Source of the DNA: Veleropilina oligotropha
Taxonomy: Eukaryota
Length of the DNA stretch: 64,000 bases
Direction: 5' to 3'
Assembly: GCA_048128005.1 (NCBI GenBank)
Contig: JBEUKZ010000084.1
Location: 62,001-126,000 of the forward strand
Below are positions 30,216-45,200 of this stretch, one piece after another (the stretch's first letter is position 1; each line of letters opens with the position of its first letter). The notes below the pieces were generated by a model. It made no database searches, was not told the DNA's origin, and worked only from the letters and a program-made list of their open reading frames with translations. The translations under genes and the position numbers were made by a program.

Positions 30216-33200
30216 GTTGCCGTGACAACCATGGCGGTGTTGTGGTGCTGATATTCACCACCTGTTCTCTGTGGCAAAACCAACAAATCCAAAGTAGCGA
30301 GCTGGCTCGACTGCTTCTTTACTACTACTCCATCTCAAGGTATGTTTGGTTGGATCTATAATGCTTATGTCACTTTTTAAAACCCTTTGGAGTGATACCA
30401 GAATTGGTCCATGTTATCACATAGAAAACACACGCGCACCGGCCAGTTATAAACAGCTGACTGTTAAATGAACAAACGTCCCGCCGAGGACTAAAACCCA
30501 CTCCTGTATGACATAGCAGTCAAGCAAGTGAATTTAGAATCGACATTCTTATCTACTTGGCTGCTGTGCAGCGTCTCAGGGTACCGTGATCTTGTTCTAG
30601 TTTATAGTCGTAATGATTAAAAGTAGGTAATGATCACAGTGTTTTTGTTTTTATACTGGTATTAAGGCAAGCATACAAGATTTATTAACTTTTATAGAAA
30701 TAAACATATGGTATGGTATGTCTGAATCAATAATGTCCAAACAATAGGGTAAAAATATAGGAGAGTGAAATATGTCCACAAAGTATACAATGTGCTTTAA
30801 TAACATTTTGTTTAATTATCAAACTGGACGGATAGACTATAATAGGGAGGAGTTTCCCTGTCGTGAACTTCTAGACCGTGTTGTAAATATACAGGATATT
30901 AAGCAACGATCTAATCCAATAAAAACACTTTCAGTCACCATCGCTATCGATAGGAGAGTTAAATATGCCCACAAAGTATACAGTGTGCTTTAATGAGTGT
31001 TTACCCTCAAGTTCAAACTAGGACGTGTCCATATTATCAGGGAAGAAAACCCAGTCGCCGGGTAAAACCCGACCTCACCGGTCGGATAGACTATAATAGG
31101 GAGGAGTTTCCCTGTCATGTCTTGAACCGTGTTGTAAATATACAGGACATTAAGCAACGATCTAATCCAATAAAAACACTTTCAATATTAAAATGGACTG
31201 AAGTCACCATCGCTATCGTACTCAGTAGAGATTAACTCTTTCAGCGTCTTAGGCTAATTAAGTCGACACTGACCCCTTCAGCATCATAGGGTATACAATT
31301 GTCTTTCATATCCATCTATGGTTATTAATGCCATCAATAGAGGCCAATTCAGTTTATGTCTCTTGCCGAGCTACGGGAATCCACTTTTCGCCATCATTTG
31401 TAAATGGACTGGTGATGCGAACAAACAGGTATAAATTGTCAGAAACTTGGTGCTGAAAGAGTTGATGTTTATATTAAATTTGTAGCACAATTCGATCACA
31501 TGTGAAATCATAACATGAAAATTGTCAATTCGCCACAATGAGAATTTTCTATACAAACATCCAACATAGCATGTATCTGATAAGAGCGTGCTCTCGCCTG
31601 ACTGCTATGATTAACAGGTCTGGGTTTACATTCTCAGCTGGCCAATTTGTTCAATTGACAAATGTCCGTAACTGGCTTGTGAGCAGGGTTCGTACGCGTC
31701 CTTGAAACCCTGGAAAGTCCTCGATTTTCATTGTTGTCCTGGAATGTCCTTGAAAAGCCTGGAACTGATAATGTCATGGAATGTCCTGGAAAATTTATTT
31801 CATCTTATGTCATAGCCTACATGTATTTAGTTTTTGTGTTACTTGATATAAATATTATGACAATATTTCAAACTCTCAATTAAATGTCCTGGAATTTCAA
31901 CAAATAATGTCGTGGAAAGTCCTCGAATTTTGTCAAAACCCAATTGTATGAACCCTGTGTGAGGGCGAGTTTCTGTGGGCGACCGTGCTTTCCGCCCACG
32001 AAAATGTGAATAATAATGTCCTGGTATGACTGAAGGGTGTTAAATTATTGGACAATTTACCCATATCAATTAAACCACAGCAGTGCTTATAAGGGCCAGT
32101 AAACAATAAGAATAGACACAAAAATAAGACTGATCCAAAAGTGAACGCAATCTAAATCCAACATAATTAGAAACTTTGAACCTGTTCGTTATTATGTGTG
32201 AAGTATATTTAGCCATTGTTTAGCTAACCAAATGATTCAATATATGCCAATTTAAAAGCTTTAAGATGTATCATCTCATACAAAGAATGCTTTGTGCAAA
32301 TTCTTTTGATGTCTACCATTGTTTGATTTTTTGCATCACAGCTCAGGTGACAAAGAAGGCAGTCATCAAATAAAGGCTGAACACCTTCAATCAAACTATG
32401 ATTACAAATGCACATACCCTGGAGGCTTCCTGTGCGATTGCTGGCTTGTTATCAAACACTGATGCATGAATTTCTTTGACATCAACTGATGAATTTGTTC
32501 ATAATTGACAGATATATAGTATCATGAATTATTTGGCACATTACGAAGAATAGATATCCGTGCAGTCATTTTAATGGAACTTTTTTGTGTAAAACACATT
32601 GGCAGGAACCATAAAAGTTAACTATTTTCATCTCAACGATTACATTCACTATTGCCCATCAATTGACAATGTTTATTCTATTTGCAGAGAAGAAACAATT
32701 TCCAAAGGTTTTACCATTTTTGCCGATATACGAGGTGCTACATCTTCTATTGTTAATAACTTGCTCGAATCGTTATATTTATTTGAGGTATGTGTACTAT
32801 AGGACTAATGCTGTTATAAAGTGCTAAATGCATAGAATTGAGTATTTTTATGCCACCACCAATTTATTGGGGTGGCATTTAGATTTACTCTTGTCCGTCC
32901 CGTCCCGTCCGTCCCGAAACCAGTATTTGCGTGTAAGCAACTCCAATCTGCTATAACTTCTATTTGCCTTCATGGATTGACTTGATACTTTGTACACTGC
33001 CCCTATGGTCAAGGCTGCCAGTGGGGGCATCCGTGTCCGATGGACACATTTCTAGTTTATTACTAATTCATTACTGTACATGCACTATTTAATAGCATTA
33101 CGATATGTGCATTCAAAATCAAGTTATTAACATTTAGAAAATATCATTCAATATTGATAGTATGCCTGGCAAATGCACAATTAATGATTCTGTAATTTAA

Positions 33201-36200
33201 AGAAGTCTTTAAATGTAAGGTGAATTTTATTTAATTTAGCTGCGTACTTTCCATTTGTTGGCTGTCAACAATATTATATTGGCTGTCAACAATATTATAT
33301 TGTATATATGAGACCGATAACAATAATTGTATTCTGAAATGATGAGAACAACAGTAGTATACAATACACAAAACAGAATGTTGTGTGAGTATATTTAGCA
33401 GTTCATTGCAGTCATGTACGTATGGAAGAGATTTTCCTAGTGTGCTTCCAGTATTATGTACATTCAACAGCTTAATGAAGTACAAATATCCTGCTATATC
33501 AGCAAATCTGCCAAAGATGTAACAGGTCAAAGATCATGTAAACATATTTTAAAATTAGATTTGTACAAACAATGATGAATCAACTTTTTAGCTCCGCTAT
33601 GACGATAGTCAGCGGAGCTTTTCTAATACCGAGTTGTCCGGCGTCCGGCCGTCGTGCGTCCGGCGTCTCCATTTGACTTCAAATGCATATATCTCAAAAA
33701 CTGTCTGATAACTTTTTTTCTAATTTGGTATGAGTCTTCCTTATGATGTTCAGCATGTACTCAGGAAAAATTCTACGTCTCGGTTTCCCTGATATTCATG
33801 TTTGTTTGTCTGTTTGTTGTCAATTTATCAGATTTCAGTCAATATCTGAAAAACTGTCTGATAACTTTTTTTCTAATTTGGCATGAGCCTTCCTTATGAT
33901 GTTCTGAATATACTGTGTGAAAATTAAAAATGTCTATGTCTCGGTTGTCCCAATATTCACGTTTGTTCGTCTGTTTTTGAGGCCATTTTCCATATTTCAG
34001 TCAATATCTCAAAAACTGTTTGATAACATTTTTTGTCCCCCGCCGCGAGGCGGACGGGGGACATAGTATTCACGTCCGTCCGTCCGTCCTTCCGTCCATC
34101 CGTCCGTGTTTCCGTCCCGGATTTTTCTGTCATCTTTTTTTGTCATTTAGAGAAATGGTAGCTTTCCGAAACTTTACAGGTCAATTAACCACATCATTGA
34201 GTCAATCAAGTTCGAATATTGGAAATTTATTATGAAAACTTATGATTTTGGGCAACTTTTTGACTATTTTGAACATAGTCTCTGGAAGCATGGATGTGGT
34301 CAATTTTCCGTCAACAATTTTTTACATTTAGAGAAATGCTAGCTTTCCGAAACTGTACAGGTCAACTAACCACATCATTGGGTAGATCAAGTTCGAATAT
34401 TTGGAATTTATTTTAAAACGTTATGTTTTTATTGCAACTTTTCGGCGATTTTGAACATAGTCTCTGCAAGCATGGGTGTGGTCAATTTTATCACAACAAT
34501 TTTTTACACTTAGAGAAATGCTAGCTTTGCAAAACTTTACAGATCAACAAATCACATCATGGGGTAGATCAAGTTCGATTATTGAGAATTTATTTTAAAA
34601 ATTGAATATAATTTTTGACAACTTTGGACTTAAATTTGTACCCAAAACTCACTAAATTATTTTTCCTTTACAGACTTGTTTCATTTTCAGAGATGCTAGC
34701 TTTCTGAAGCTTTACAGATCAATTAACCCCATCATGGGGTAGATCAGGTTCAAATATTGGGGATTTTTTGAAACCTTGATTTATTGCTGACTTTTGCCGA
34801 TTTAAAACATAGTCTTTGGATGTATGAAATTTATCAATTTTCTCTTAACTAAATTTTCCTTTTAGAGAAATATTAGCTTTCTGAAACTTCACAGATCAAC
34901 TAACCACATAATGGGATGGATAAAGTTTAGAATAATGAAAATTATTTAATTTATATTTACACTTAGTCTATCTATCTCTTTAGCCTCTGATGGCAGGAAA
35001 TCTTTCTTAATTCTCATTGAGTTACTGATACACAGCGTGCAAAAATATATATGCGGTCAATAATACGGGCGGGGGACAATCGCCACTTAGTGGCAATCAC
35101 TTGTTCTAATTTGACATGAGCCTTCCTTATGATGTTCTGAATGTACTGTGCGAAAAAAAAAAAAAAAAAAATCTCGGTCTTATCGATATTCATGTTTGTT
35201 TTCAATATTTCAGATTTCAATCAATTTCGTAAAATCTGTCTAATAACTTCTTGTCTAATTGGGCATGGGCCTTTCTAATGATGATTTGATTGTACTCGCC
35301 CCCCCCCCCCCAAAAAAAAAAATTCTACTGCTCGGTTATCCTGATATTCTCGTTTCTTTAGATTTCAGCCAATTTCTCAATAACTATTTGATAACTTTCT
35401 TTCTAATTTGACATGAGCCTTCCTTATGATGTTCTCAATACACTATTTGAAAATTAGCAAATGTTACGTCTCTGTTGCCCTGATATTCACGTTTGTTTGT
35501 TGTCAATACTTTAGATTTCAATCAATTTCGTAAAATCTGTCTGATCACTTTTTGCCTAATTTAGCATGGCCCTTCCTTTTGTTCTCTGCAGAAATTTGTA
35601 AATTCTATATCTTGGTTATTCTAATAGCGGAGCTCTCTAGGCCGATAGGCCTCTTGTTTATTATTCTGCTTTGTCAGAGATGTTTATTGGACACCACATG
35701 CATTACATGTTATGCCTCTTCTTTCAATCACATTAGGGCCTTCCGTTGACTTAGTGGATACGAGCGACTGCTTTGATTTGCAGAAGTGGGTTCTAATATT
35801 CGGTTCAAGACGTTGTGGAGTTAACAGTCTCAATTTTCTGTACTGGTTGGTGAAGACTGGTTTTCCAGATGTATGGCGATACTTTCCTCTTGTAAAATTT
35901 TGAGTGTCCTAGAATAACCCTGAAGTTAACTGACATTAAACTGATGTTAAACTTCGATCCAAACCAAACAAGCCTATGACATCTGAATGTTAATCTTTCA
36001 ATAAAAAGACGTCTATTCAGTATTGTAAATGCTGCATCTTTGTATCTCCTGCTTCACCCATGATGAAGCATTGTGATGCAGTATTGACAGTCAGAATGAC
36101 ATAGATTGTCTTAGATCAATTCAGAGAGGGAGATCCAAGAACATCTGGACATATCCCAATGACCACACAGACAGTCCAAAAAAATGTCTATTTCCGATCA

Positions 36201-39200
36201 GATAGGCAAAATATAAGTTGGTTATTACTTTGTTTGTTCCAGGAAAACATTCCAGGTTCCCTGACCATTGTTCATCTGCTGTGTGATCACGGAACACAGG
36301 GTCTCGTCTTCCGATCCCCAGTCTATGATTGCCATGCCAGATTCAAGGTAATTAAGGTCTAGATATACCGTGTCGTGGTCATGGTACCGCTGACATTTTA
36401 CCTCTGTAATTGTCTTTAAGTTACTGATTTCATTGTAGATGCATCCTTTATTAATATTATATAACTAAGATTTACCCAAGTTGCAAAATTTGATAATAAA
36501 ATAAAATTTTAGCTGTTATAATGCATATAGTATTTCCATTCAATCAGCATGACTTGGTAAATTATATCAACAAAACCAATTTCGATTTAAAAAATTTGCT
36601 TATAAATGGGCCATGACCGGTAGTCGAGGTATAAGAGCTTGAGCTCTCGATTGACTGCTCTGTCAAACACGAGTGCGTTGGAATCCTAGGTTTTTTGTTG
36701 AATGCAACTGTCACAGTTGTACGTAACTGACCGGTGAGGTTGGGTTTTACGAGACGACTGGGTTTTCTTCCATGATAATATGGACACGTCCTAGTTTGAA
36801 CTTGAGGGTAATTAAATATATATATAAGATATTACGCATCGATCGATATCCAAAAATGTTTCTATAAAGTGGCGTTGTTTGTTTCCATTTCAGTTAGACC
36901 TTTTGCTTTCCCTGGATGTTCTTCGTAAGTTTATATCGCTCGATCAGCTACCGTCTGCACTGGATGGGAGGTTTTCATACCACCATGAAGATTGGGTGCG
37001 CTTTCATATGGTATGTTGAGATCTACCTGTTTAATGATAAATTTTGTTTTAGAAACATTGTAGATAGATGTATTTTAATTTTTAACCTGGTCTTTCCTAT
37101 TCACTTGATGCTGTATCTCTTGGTGATTCGCTCTCGTGGATGAATTTTGCATAAATTCTGCATTATAAATCTTTGTTAGAGTTGTTACAATTTCTCGAAA
37201 CTCTTAATGGAAGAGGCCATCCGGTAGTCGTATGGTCTCGAGTGGGTTCAAGTCTCGAATGGGTCATTAACATTCTTTGTACAGTCAATCGCAGTTTTCT
37301 GTAACTGATCGGAGATGGCGGGTATCCCGAGCTACCAGGCTTTCCTCCCTCGATAATATGGACATGTCCTGCATTGTACCTGATGGTTATCAATATGCAG
37401 GATATTAAGCATCGATCCATGTTAATGAACATAATTGCTACTAGCAGACCAGCACTAGTGCCGGCTATTTGCTAATTGTATCCCCAGACAATAGTCAGGG
37501 AGAGTCTGGTTTATGGGGATAGTATGGTTTTTTCGTTCAACCGCATGAAATTTGGTATGCGTGTTAGTTATGGTGAAGACGCACCGCCTAACGATTTTCG
37601 TCGATTTCGGATTCAAGATGGCCGACTTGGCGGCCATTTTCTTTGACAAGATTTCTTGTGTGCACTCCACAGTGAAAAGCTAATATCCGATTTGATATAC
37701 ACGTTTGGTATGATGAGGACATGGCACCTATTGATTTTTGCTACCGTGAGAGGGGATACATCCCCTTGACTTGCTGGGTCGAGGATTCGTTAGTTTTAAG
37801 CTGATTAACTCTTTAGCGACCAAATTAATTCCGCGAATACGTATTGGCGGCCATGTATATATTGTTAATTGTCTATATTAGCCTTAATATCACCCAAAAA
37901 CATATAAAACTATATATCAGAGGATTCAGAAAAGAATTCGCTTTCAGATGATGATAATGGTTATTTATTATTATATAATTTGGTCATATTTATTGTAGGT
38001 ATATAATATTGATAGAATATGAAAATAAATTAATAAATTTTCATATTTTGTCTTATATATTCTGTGAAAGTATCCATATATGATGAACAGTTTGGTATAA
38101 AAACATTAGTCTACATGCTGATGAAGAGTCCCAGTGGTACTTGATCATATATAGCTGTTTTTTTTCAAAACAGCTGGGATCATGATGAAATGAATAATGC
38201 GGGAAGGACCGGTATTTTCAATGAATGGTGTATCTTATTTGGGTATAATATCGTTATGATGAAATCTCTTTCATTTCGGACTGAGTCGACCACTCCCTAG
38301 CTGGCGTCTGCATCGTGAATTGAATGGCACCACAGATTCCAGATTATCCGATTAGCACTGAAAAAAAATAATAATAATATATAAATAATAATATACAGAT
38401 ATTTACACACAAAAAACATTCATGACTTCATATAATATTGTCATCAAATCAATAAAAAACATGTTGCAATCAAACAATCATATTTCCATATTCATATGAA
38501 CGTGGGCAAGAAAAGGCATCGGGTGTTTGTTATAATATAATTATTATCTCCTTTTCCAACTACTGTACTAATGTTATTGTGCTTCGCATTAATTTATTTC
38601 CATATAAAATATTATGTAATAAATTACGCAGTAATACGTCTTGCTGTGGTAGAATCATTGTTATATAATAGCAAGTCTGAAGAATGCATCTCCTTTCGGC
38701 CATGGGGCCACGCCCCTTCTTCATAACAGTCATATGAGTACAATAATTGACCTATGTGACCTGAAATGTTGTGGTTCCATGTTTCCATGTCAAAACTAGA
38801 TAGGCAGGCTATCGATAAAGTCTCTTTGGCGTCAACATATCCCTTTTCACAAAGTATATCGGTCCCCTGAAGCAGACATAGTGTTGTCTGCCTATAACAG
38901 CAATAAAAGTCTATGTCTGATACGTATAGGTTACTAACCGAGTTGGAGGTATTCATCGATTTGAAAGACCTGCGCCCGTGCGGATCGTGACACCGAGACC
39001 ACGGAGCGGTCGAGGTGTTACAGCACGGAAGCAGGTCTTTCAAATAGATGAATACCGACTAACGAGGTTTGTAACCGACTTACACAACGGCCAATTATAG
39101 CTCCTTTGTTGTCAATTTAGCTTGTGATCAGCTTTAGCCGTCTTGCACGGACACAGGTCGGTATAGAGTGAAAAGTAGGGTGGTATGGCTATACCACCCT

Positions 39201-42200
39201 ACTTTTGAATCGTCATTGAAAACAAGGTGTTCACGCTGAATACCAACCTCTTTAAAACAAAAGAGCCGTTGTGTAAATTAACATACGATAAAAGTGTCCC
39301 AGCGAAATACAAGTCGATAATAATGGCCGACCAAACTATTCAGGAAGTGAGAACTACGGTCACCTGATATTGCCATGCTTAATTTAAGTTCCATAAACCA
39401 TGAGAACATATTTACATAGGCTGTTCACTACTTGCGGTCGTATGTGACCGGCTATGTCACGAAAGAGTTAATGTCAAATTCAAGTAATGCCTGTTAAAAT
39501 TTGAAAGTAATATTATCTTGCTGAAACTTGTAACACTTGGTGACTATAGCTACATGGATGCTGTCAAAGAATAAAATTCCATAATTTCGTGTTATGTTGA
39601 TTATTCACAGAACATATATTTGGCGTTGCCGTTGGTCGGTTTCACAATTGGAACACATTTAGGTGGTGCAAACGTTTAAAATGGCTATTGTAACAAAAAA
39701 ACGCCTTCTATATCAATTTTATTAAATACAATTGATCTATTCTTTCAACTATTAAGTATGTGAAGACTTTTCACATTTGCATGAGCTCTTGTGTTTGCCA
39801 CAGATAATGATTGCTTTTCACCCGATATTTCTGTTCATCACCATTCTTAGCTGACGTTCTCACCCCACAACAATATGTTGGTTGTTTTTTCGTGTTGTTA
39901 TCAACCTGGCTCGACTTTGGCTGTTTGCATGTGGTTTGTAAACGGCATTACCCAAAAGTTTGTCGGTTTAACTTTTGTTGACTGTAATTTAGTTGAAGGC
40001 GATTCAAAAGATTTGCATATTTACGCAGATCCACGCGATCTTCTGATCTTCGCCTCGGAGAAACTGGGCAGGGTTTGTTGTGCAAGTTGACTTGAGAGGC
40101 AACGTCAGTTTATACAAGCGGGCAGCGATGTCCTAATGTTTAAAGGATGAATTAGCTCGGCATATATGTCATATGGCACAAGCAGGGAAAACGACTAGTT
40201 CACTTCTTTACCGCATACTTTGATTTGGAAAACATACAGCGAATTGGAGATTTTTACTGTCATTTCATTGTTCCTGAGAACCGGCTCAGATAAATGTCGA
40301 AGGAATGTCTGACCATGTTTGCTGTCAAACCATTTCCTGTGGTCTGTGATTTCGCATGTTCCCAACAATCGGAAATCGTTTTAGAATATTGCATTATTTC
40401 AGGTTTTCAATATCTGTCAAAGATCTGAGATTGTGTTGTGTACCTTGTAGACATATCTATTCTCGTGATCGATGCAATGCGGTCTTGTTTTTCAGAAACT
40501 TGAACCATTTGTGGTTAACTGTAGGACAGTTGCAAAATATATTATTGGTGTTATGCAAGATCTCTCAAACGTGAACTCAGTGCCTAAGACATCGAAAGAT
40601 GCTAGTCAAATGATCGTCAGTCACGAACAGTGTATGCAGTCTGCATTTAATGATCCACGAGTTGTGACATTTCAAAATGAGGGTGAAGCTTTAATCAACT
40701 CCTTAAGAAAAGAGGAAGTGACTCTCGGACATACTGAAGATTACAGGCAAGTAGCATACATGTATAGAAAATAATGGATGTCTCTTCTTGTGAGTATAAT
40801 ATTTAAAAACTATTTAATTTCATTTCAATTTTTGCAGTTGTATGTTTTATAAGATATGTTTTTTATGCGTACAAAACATTTAAATATGTAATGAATATAT
40901 ATACCGGGTATTTGATGGTATGTCAGAAATATGAATTATATATTGTCGAGTGAAATATATCCTAGCGGATTCACGAAAGGCCAGAGGCTTTTCGGAAAGG
41001 ATATAGTTCGAGACAAAATATATTTAATATTTCTGGCATAACATTGAATACTCTATTTATTTATAAATGGGTTAGTTATCAATTAAATAATGTTAACATT
41101 GTATAACCATGTTTATTGTTGTAGAAGACGGAACACGAGTGATTTGGACATTGTAATGTTGAAAAGTATATCGCCATTATAACGTCGCCAACAACGTTTC
41201 TATGACGTCACGTTATGACGTGTTTTTGATAATTTCACTCACTCACGAGAGTGAAATTGTAGATGAGTGAATTACCAATTATATTTATGCCATTATTTAA
41301 TTAATAACTAACATTTATGTAATAAAATCCATTAATTATTAAAAATGTTGGACTGTAAAGCACTGATGCTGATGAACTAATTTTAATGCTTGATCATCTG
41401 AAGCTTATATCTTTCTAAAAGTATTGTTTCTCATTTAAATAATCATTTATACAGTGTCTTATCATTTGTTTGTTAAATTTTGGTCATAGACTCTTAATAA
41501 CTTCTATATATATGCAGATCACACTGCGAGCTAAATTATATTTCATTGTTGTAGTTCTTGCCTTTTGACCGAATAATGAACTGCATGATTTTCAAAGTGA
41601 AATTTGACACGTTTAGAGCCATCTTACATTCATCGTTCATTTCACCCTCATGGTGTAGCCAATAATAATGAATATGTGTGTATCTTATTTGCATATCTTA
41701 CATATCTTGCTTTTGTGAAGCATTTTAAGTCAGTTGTATTTCAGATATCAACATGTTTGTTCGTGGAAAGTTTTGTAAAGACCATGGGAATTTATATATT
41801 TGATATGTTGGAATCTGACAATGATGCCGTTTCAGTTAGATTTATAATAAATACAGTACATGGCATTAGGAGAATTATACTCCATTTACCTGGATTATAA
41901 AAGATACTATTCCTTGTCATAAATGGAGAATGTTTGTGTTTTAATTATGTCACACTACATTGTTAGACAAGAGAATGGTGTCACCATATATAATAGTTTA
42001 GGAAAATATAATTTTGCAATTGTTATCAGGTATACCGGTAGCTTTTAGAGTTGTTTTACAAAAAATCCTTTATATCAATGATTGAACTGATAGTGCCCAG
42101 TGTTCTGCTTTGAATTATTAATTTCATTCTGATATTTAGTATGTAGAAAAAAATCACCTGAAAACAAATCATTGCACTAGGCTGCATACTGTCTAATGTG

Positions 42201-45200
42201 CAGAGAACAGGAGATGAAGTTTTGATGTTAACATTATTAAATACATTATACGCAATTAAACTGTACATTTATTATTATCCCCTGTAACAACGAATTTGTC
42301 AGGGGATATAGATATATTTTTCTTGCATCTCTGCATCCGAATTGCGAGAGATATCGATGACTTTGTCTTCTTTATTATTACGTTACATATAATTATATTA
42401 ATAAAATGAATTTTGCAAATAAAGTGAAATATGTACACCAATGTATTAAACAAACATTAAATAGACAAATGATTTGGCCTAGCTAGGATATGGTTATATA
42501 GACTTTGAGGACAAAATGTTGATGAGTGTGCTTCTTGGTTGGTCCAGTGGATTTATTTTCACTGTTCTGAATCTAGAATGGCTCAAATGGTATTGTAATA
42601 GAGTATTATGCAATTGTTGTATCCTAAATTTGTCTAATTTTCGAAAAAAACTACTATAATCTATTTGTTGTATTCAAAACAATATCATTATCACCAAGAT
42701 GCAAAAAACGAAGACTCTTTTGTCTTAATATGGCATTTGCATTGTCGTACATGTAGAAGATATTTCGCTAACTTTTCGTAACATGTTTTTGCATTTAGGG
42801 ATGCAATGGAAAACGTACGCCAGCTTTATAAACAGCTACAAGACACCATGGTGAAACTAGTCAAGTTATCGAACGTGCGACTGTGCAAGCTCGAACAGTG
42901 TCAGCAGCTACGCGAGTTCGAGGAGGAGTGCAGCAAGGTGAGTCTCAGTCTGAGCGAGCCGTGCAATCCGGCTTCATGCGAACGCTCAAAGCCCAGTGTG
43001 CGAGAGAAGTCCCAGCTTATTTAAGCAAGGGTATAAACTCACATATTAGTATACATGTTTGAATTGAATTGTTACGAAAGACGTTGTCATTGCATGAGAA
43101 TGAAACTTTGGGAATGGTTGTTAATATTCATTCAGAAATCCTTTCATTCATTTATTAAATTTAATGACAACATATTTCTTATTATTAATGTTCTATTCTA
43201 AAGACCCTTATGTATAATGTGATGATCAATTTATCCTCTGCTGCAAAGTACCGGTAGTTATATATATATATATATATATGGTTTCTTATGGTATCGCCAA
43301 CATGCAGCCAAGATAGCTTCCCTTCATTTTCAGGACTACAGATTAATGCATTTTGCATAATGCACTGTACATCTGATTCAATGTCTACATCGATATCAAC
43401 TGTACACAATTGTCAGTTACACCAAAAGATAGCAATAGGGCTTAACGTCTTCATCGCTAACTGTAACATTTATTTTTCGGGTCAACGATATTAAGTCGCT
43501 GACTGCATTGGCCATTTTTGTTTACAAATGGCTTATCCATCAACGTTGATAGCTCCATGAAATGTTCATTTTTATGTAACTCAATAAAATCAAATAATTG
43601 TTTGTTTAACCATTATATTATTGTAACAAAGTTTTATACGAGTTGCTGTTTTAATAGTTTTAAAAATTATATATAATTCATATACTTACAGAATAGTAGT
43701 TACCAGTCATTTGCAGTTAAGAAAAGTTAATCATGATTACTATATTAAAAGACCTCCGATAACTCTGATCAAATTTGATAACCTATGTCTCGCTTAAATC
43801 TATAAATCAAAATGAAATAAACGTTAATGTCAACACAATGTGTAGCTTACTAGTCAGATCATATACAAGAATGTTGCTTCAACACTGTATTATCCTTTGG
43901 CGTTAGCATTATTATTACTTTTATCCATTGAACAATAATGCATCTTATTTCAGTGTTAACAATCTCCAGACAATCTGGCAATGCCATTTATGTGTAAAGT
44001 AGTTAAGTATCGAGGATATCTACACTGTCACGCTATCTGTTTCATCTGCTGTTAGTTTACTGTATCCACGGCTAAGTCCTAACGCTAATACTTTATTTTT
44101 TGCACTAATCTACTTGAACCTGTTGTACGGGAGCCCGTTCATGCTGGAATTGAAGCAGAAAATGCGAGTTATGAGGCAAACAAACATTAATGTGCAATCC
44201 TACGCTTCTATCCCCGTTCCTATGGTGCCGGGGACATGCTAAACACTGCAGAGCCCTCCGATTGTTGATCTCTTTGATGAGCTGCGACCTGACAATGAGA
44301 TAATAGATCTGTAAATATTTTCTGACCGACGACATGGCAGGCAGCCTGATTCAATTGACAGGAAACATTGTGAATAGAAGAGCTTGTTGACAATGTGCAT
44401 ATGTGGCTAAGCCGAAAGTAAACTATGTATTGCCGTATGATTTGAGTAAATTAACGCTTTGATGTGCTACAAGGTTGTTAGATGCACGTCCGGTTTGAAA
44501 GAGCAATGTTGAGGTAAAATAGAGGGTGTATGCACTATGTAAATATATTATTGGTCCATCTGAAGTTACATTGCAGGTTGTAAGTTGTCACAGTGCAGTT
44601 TGTAAGATTTATTTTTGTAAGAATAAGTTAGGAATTTCTTCATATTTTATCTTTAAACTTTGTATGTTTAGCATTATTTGCAATACATCTTCATAAAACA
44701 TAAATATTCTTTGTCAGAGATATAATTATAAATACTTTATTAATTGCTTTTCTGGGAAAAAAGGAAATATTTTTGGCAGAGAATTGTTTGATAACGCGTT
44801 GACAGTTTAGTCAGGACCAAACTGATCTTTACAAATCTTTTATTTATGTCTGCATTGAATTTAATAATGCATTTTAACCAAGTTATCACCTTTGCAGCTA
44901 GCTATGTTACTTAAGACATGTCTTTTCAAAAACACTAAAAAAAGAAGAAATTAGCCTATTCATTTCTATTAGTGTCCAATGTTATATGCATATGGAAAGT
45001 CGGGAGCTATTACAAAGGATATGCTGTGATCTCTAAAGTGAAAAATGACCAAAAACATCATCATGAAATCATTTTCGTATTGCAGATAATTTCCTGGGTG
45101 AGTGGAGATGGCGGTGATTTACTTAATCACCACACCGTGGTAAATGATAATCTCAAAGGAGTACGATCTCAACAGAAGAGTTTTGACAAAGTCTACTTTT

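Noticed and set aside
38108..38156. Hammerhead ribozyme-like CTGATGAAGAGTCC...
   Set aside because: The essential GAAA core is replaced by GATC and stem II is disrupted; at most a dead relic.
38624..39043. 139-aa ORF as piggyBac transposase remnant
   Set aside because: No DDD or Cys-rich transposase motifs recognised.
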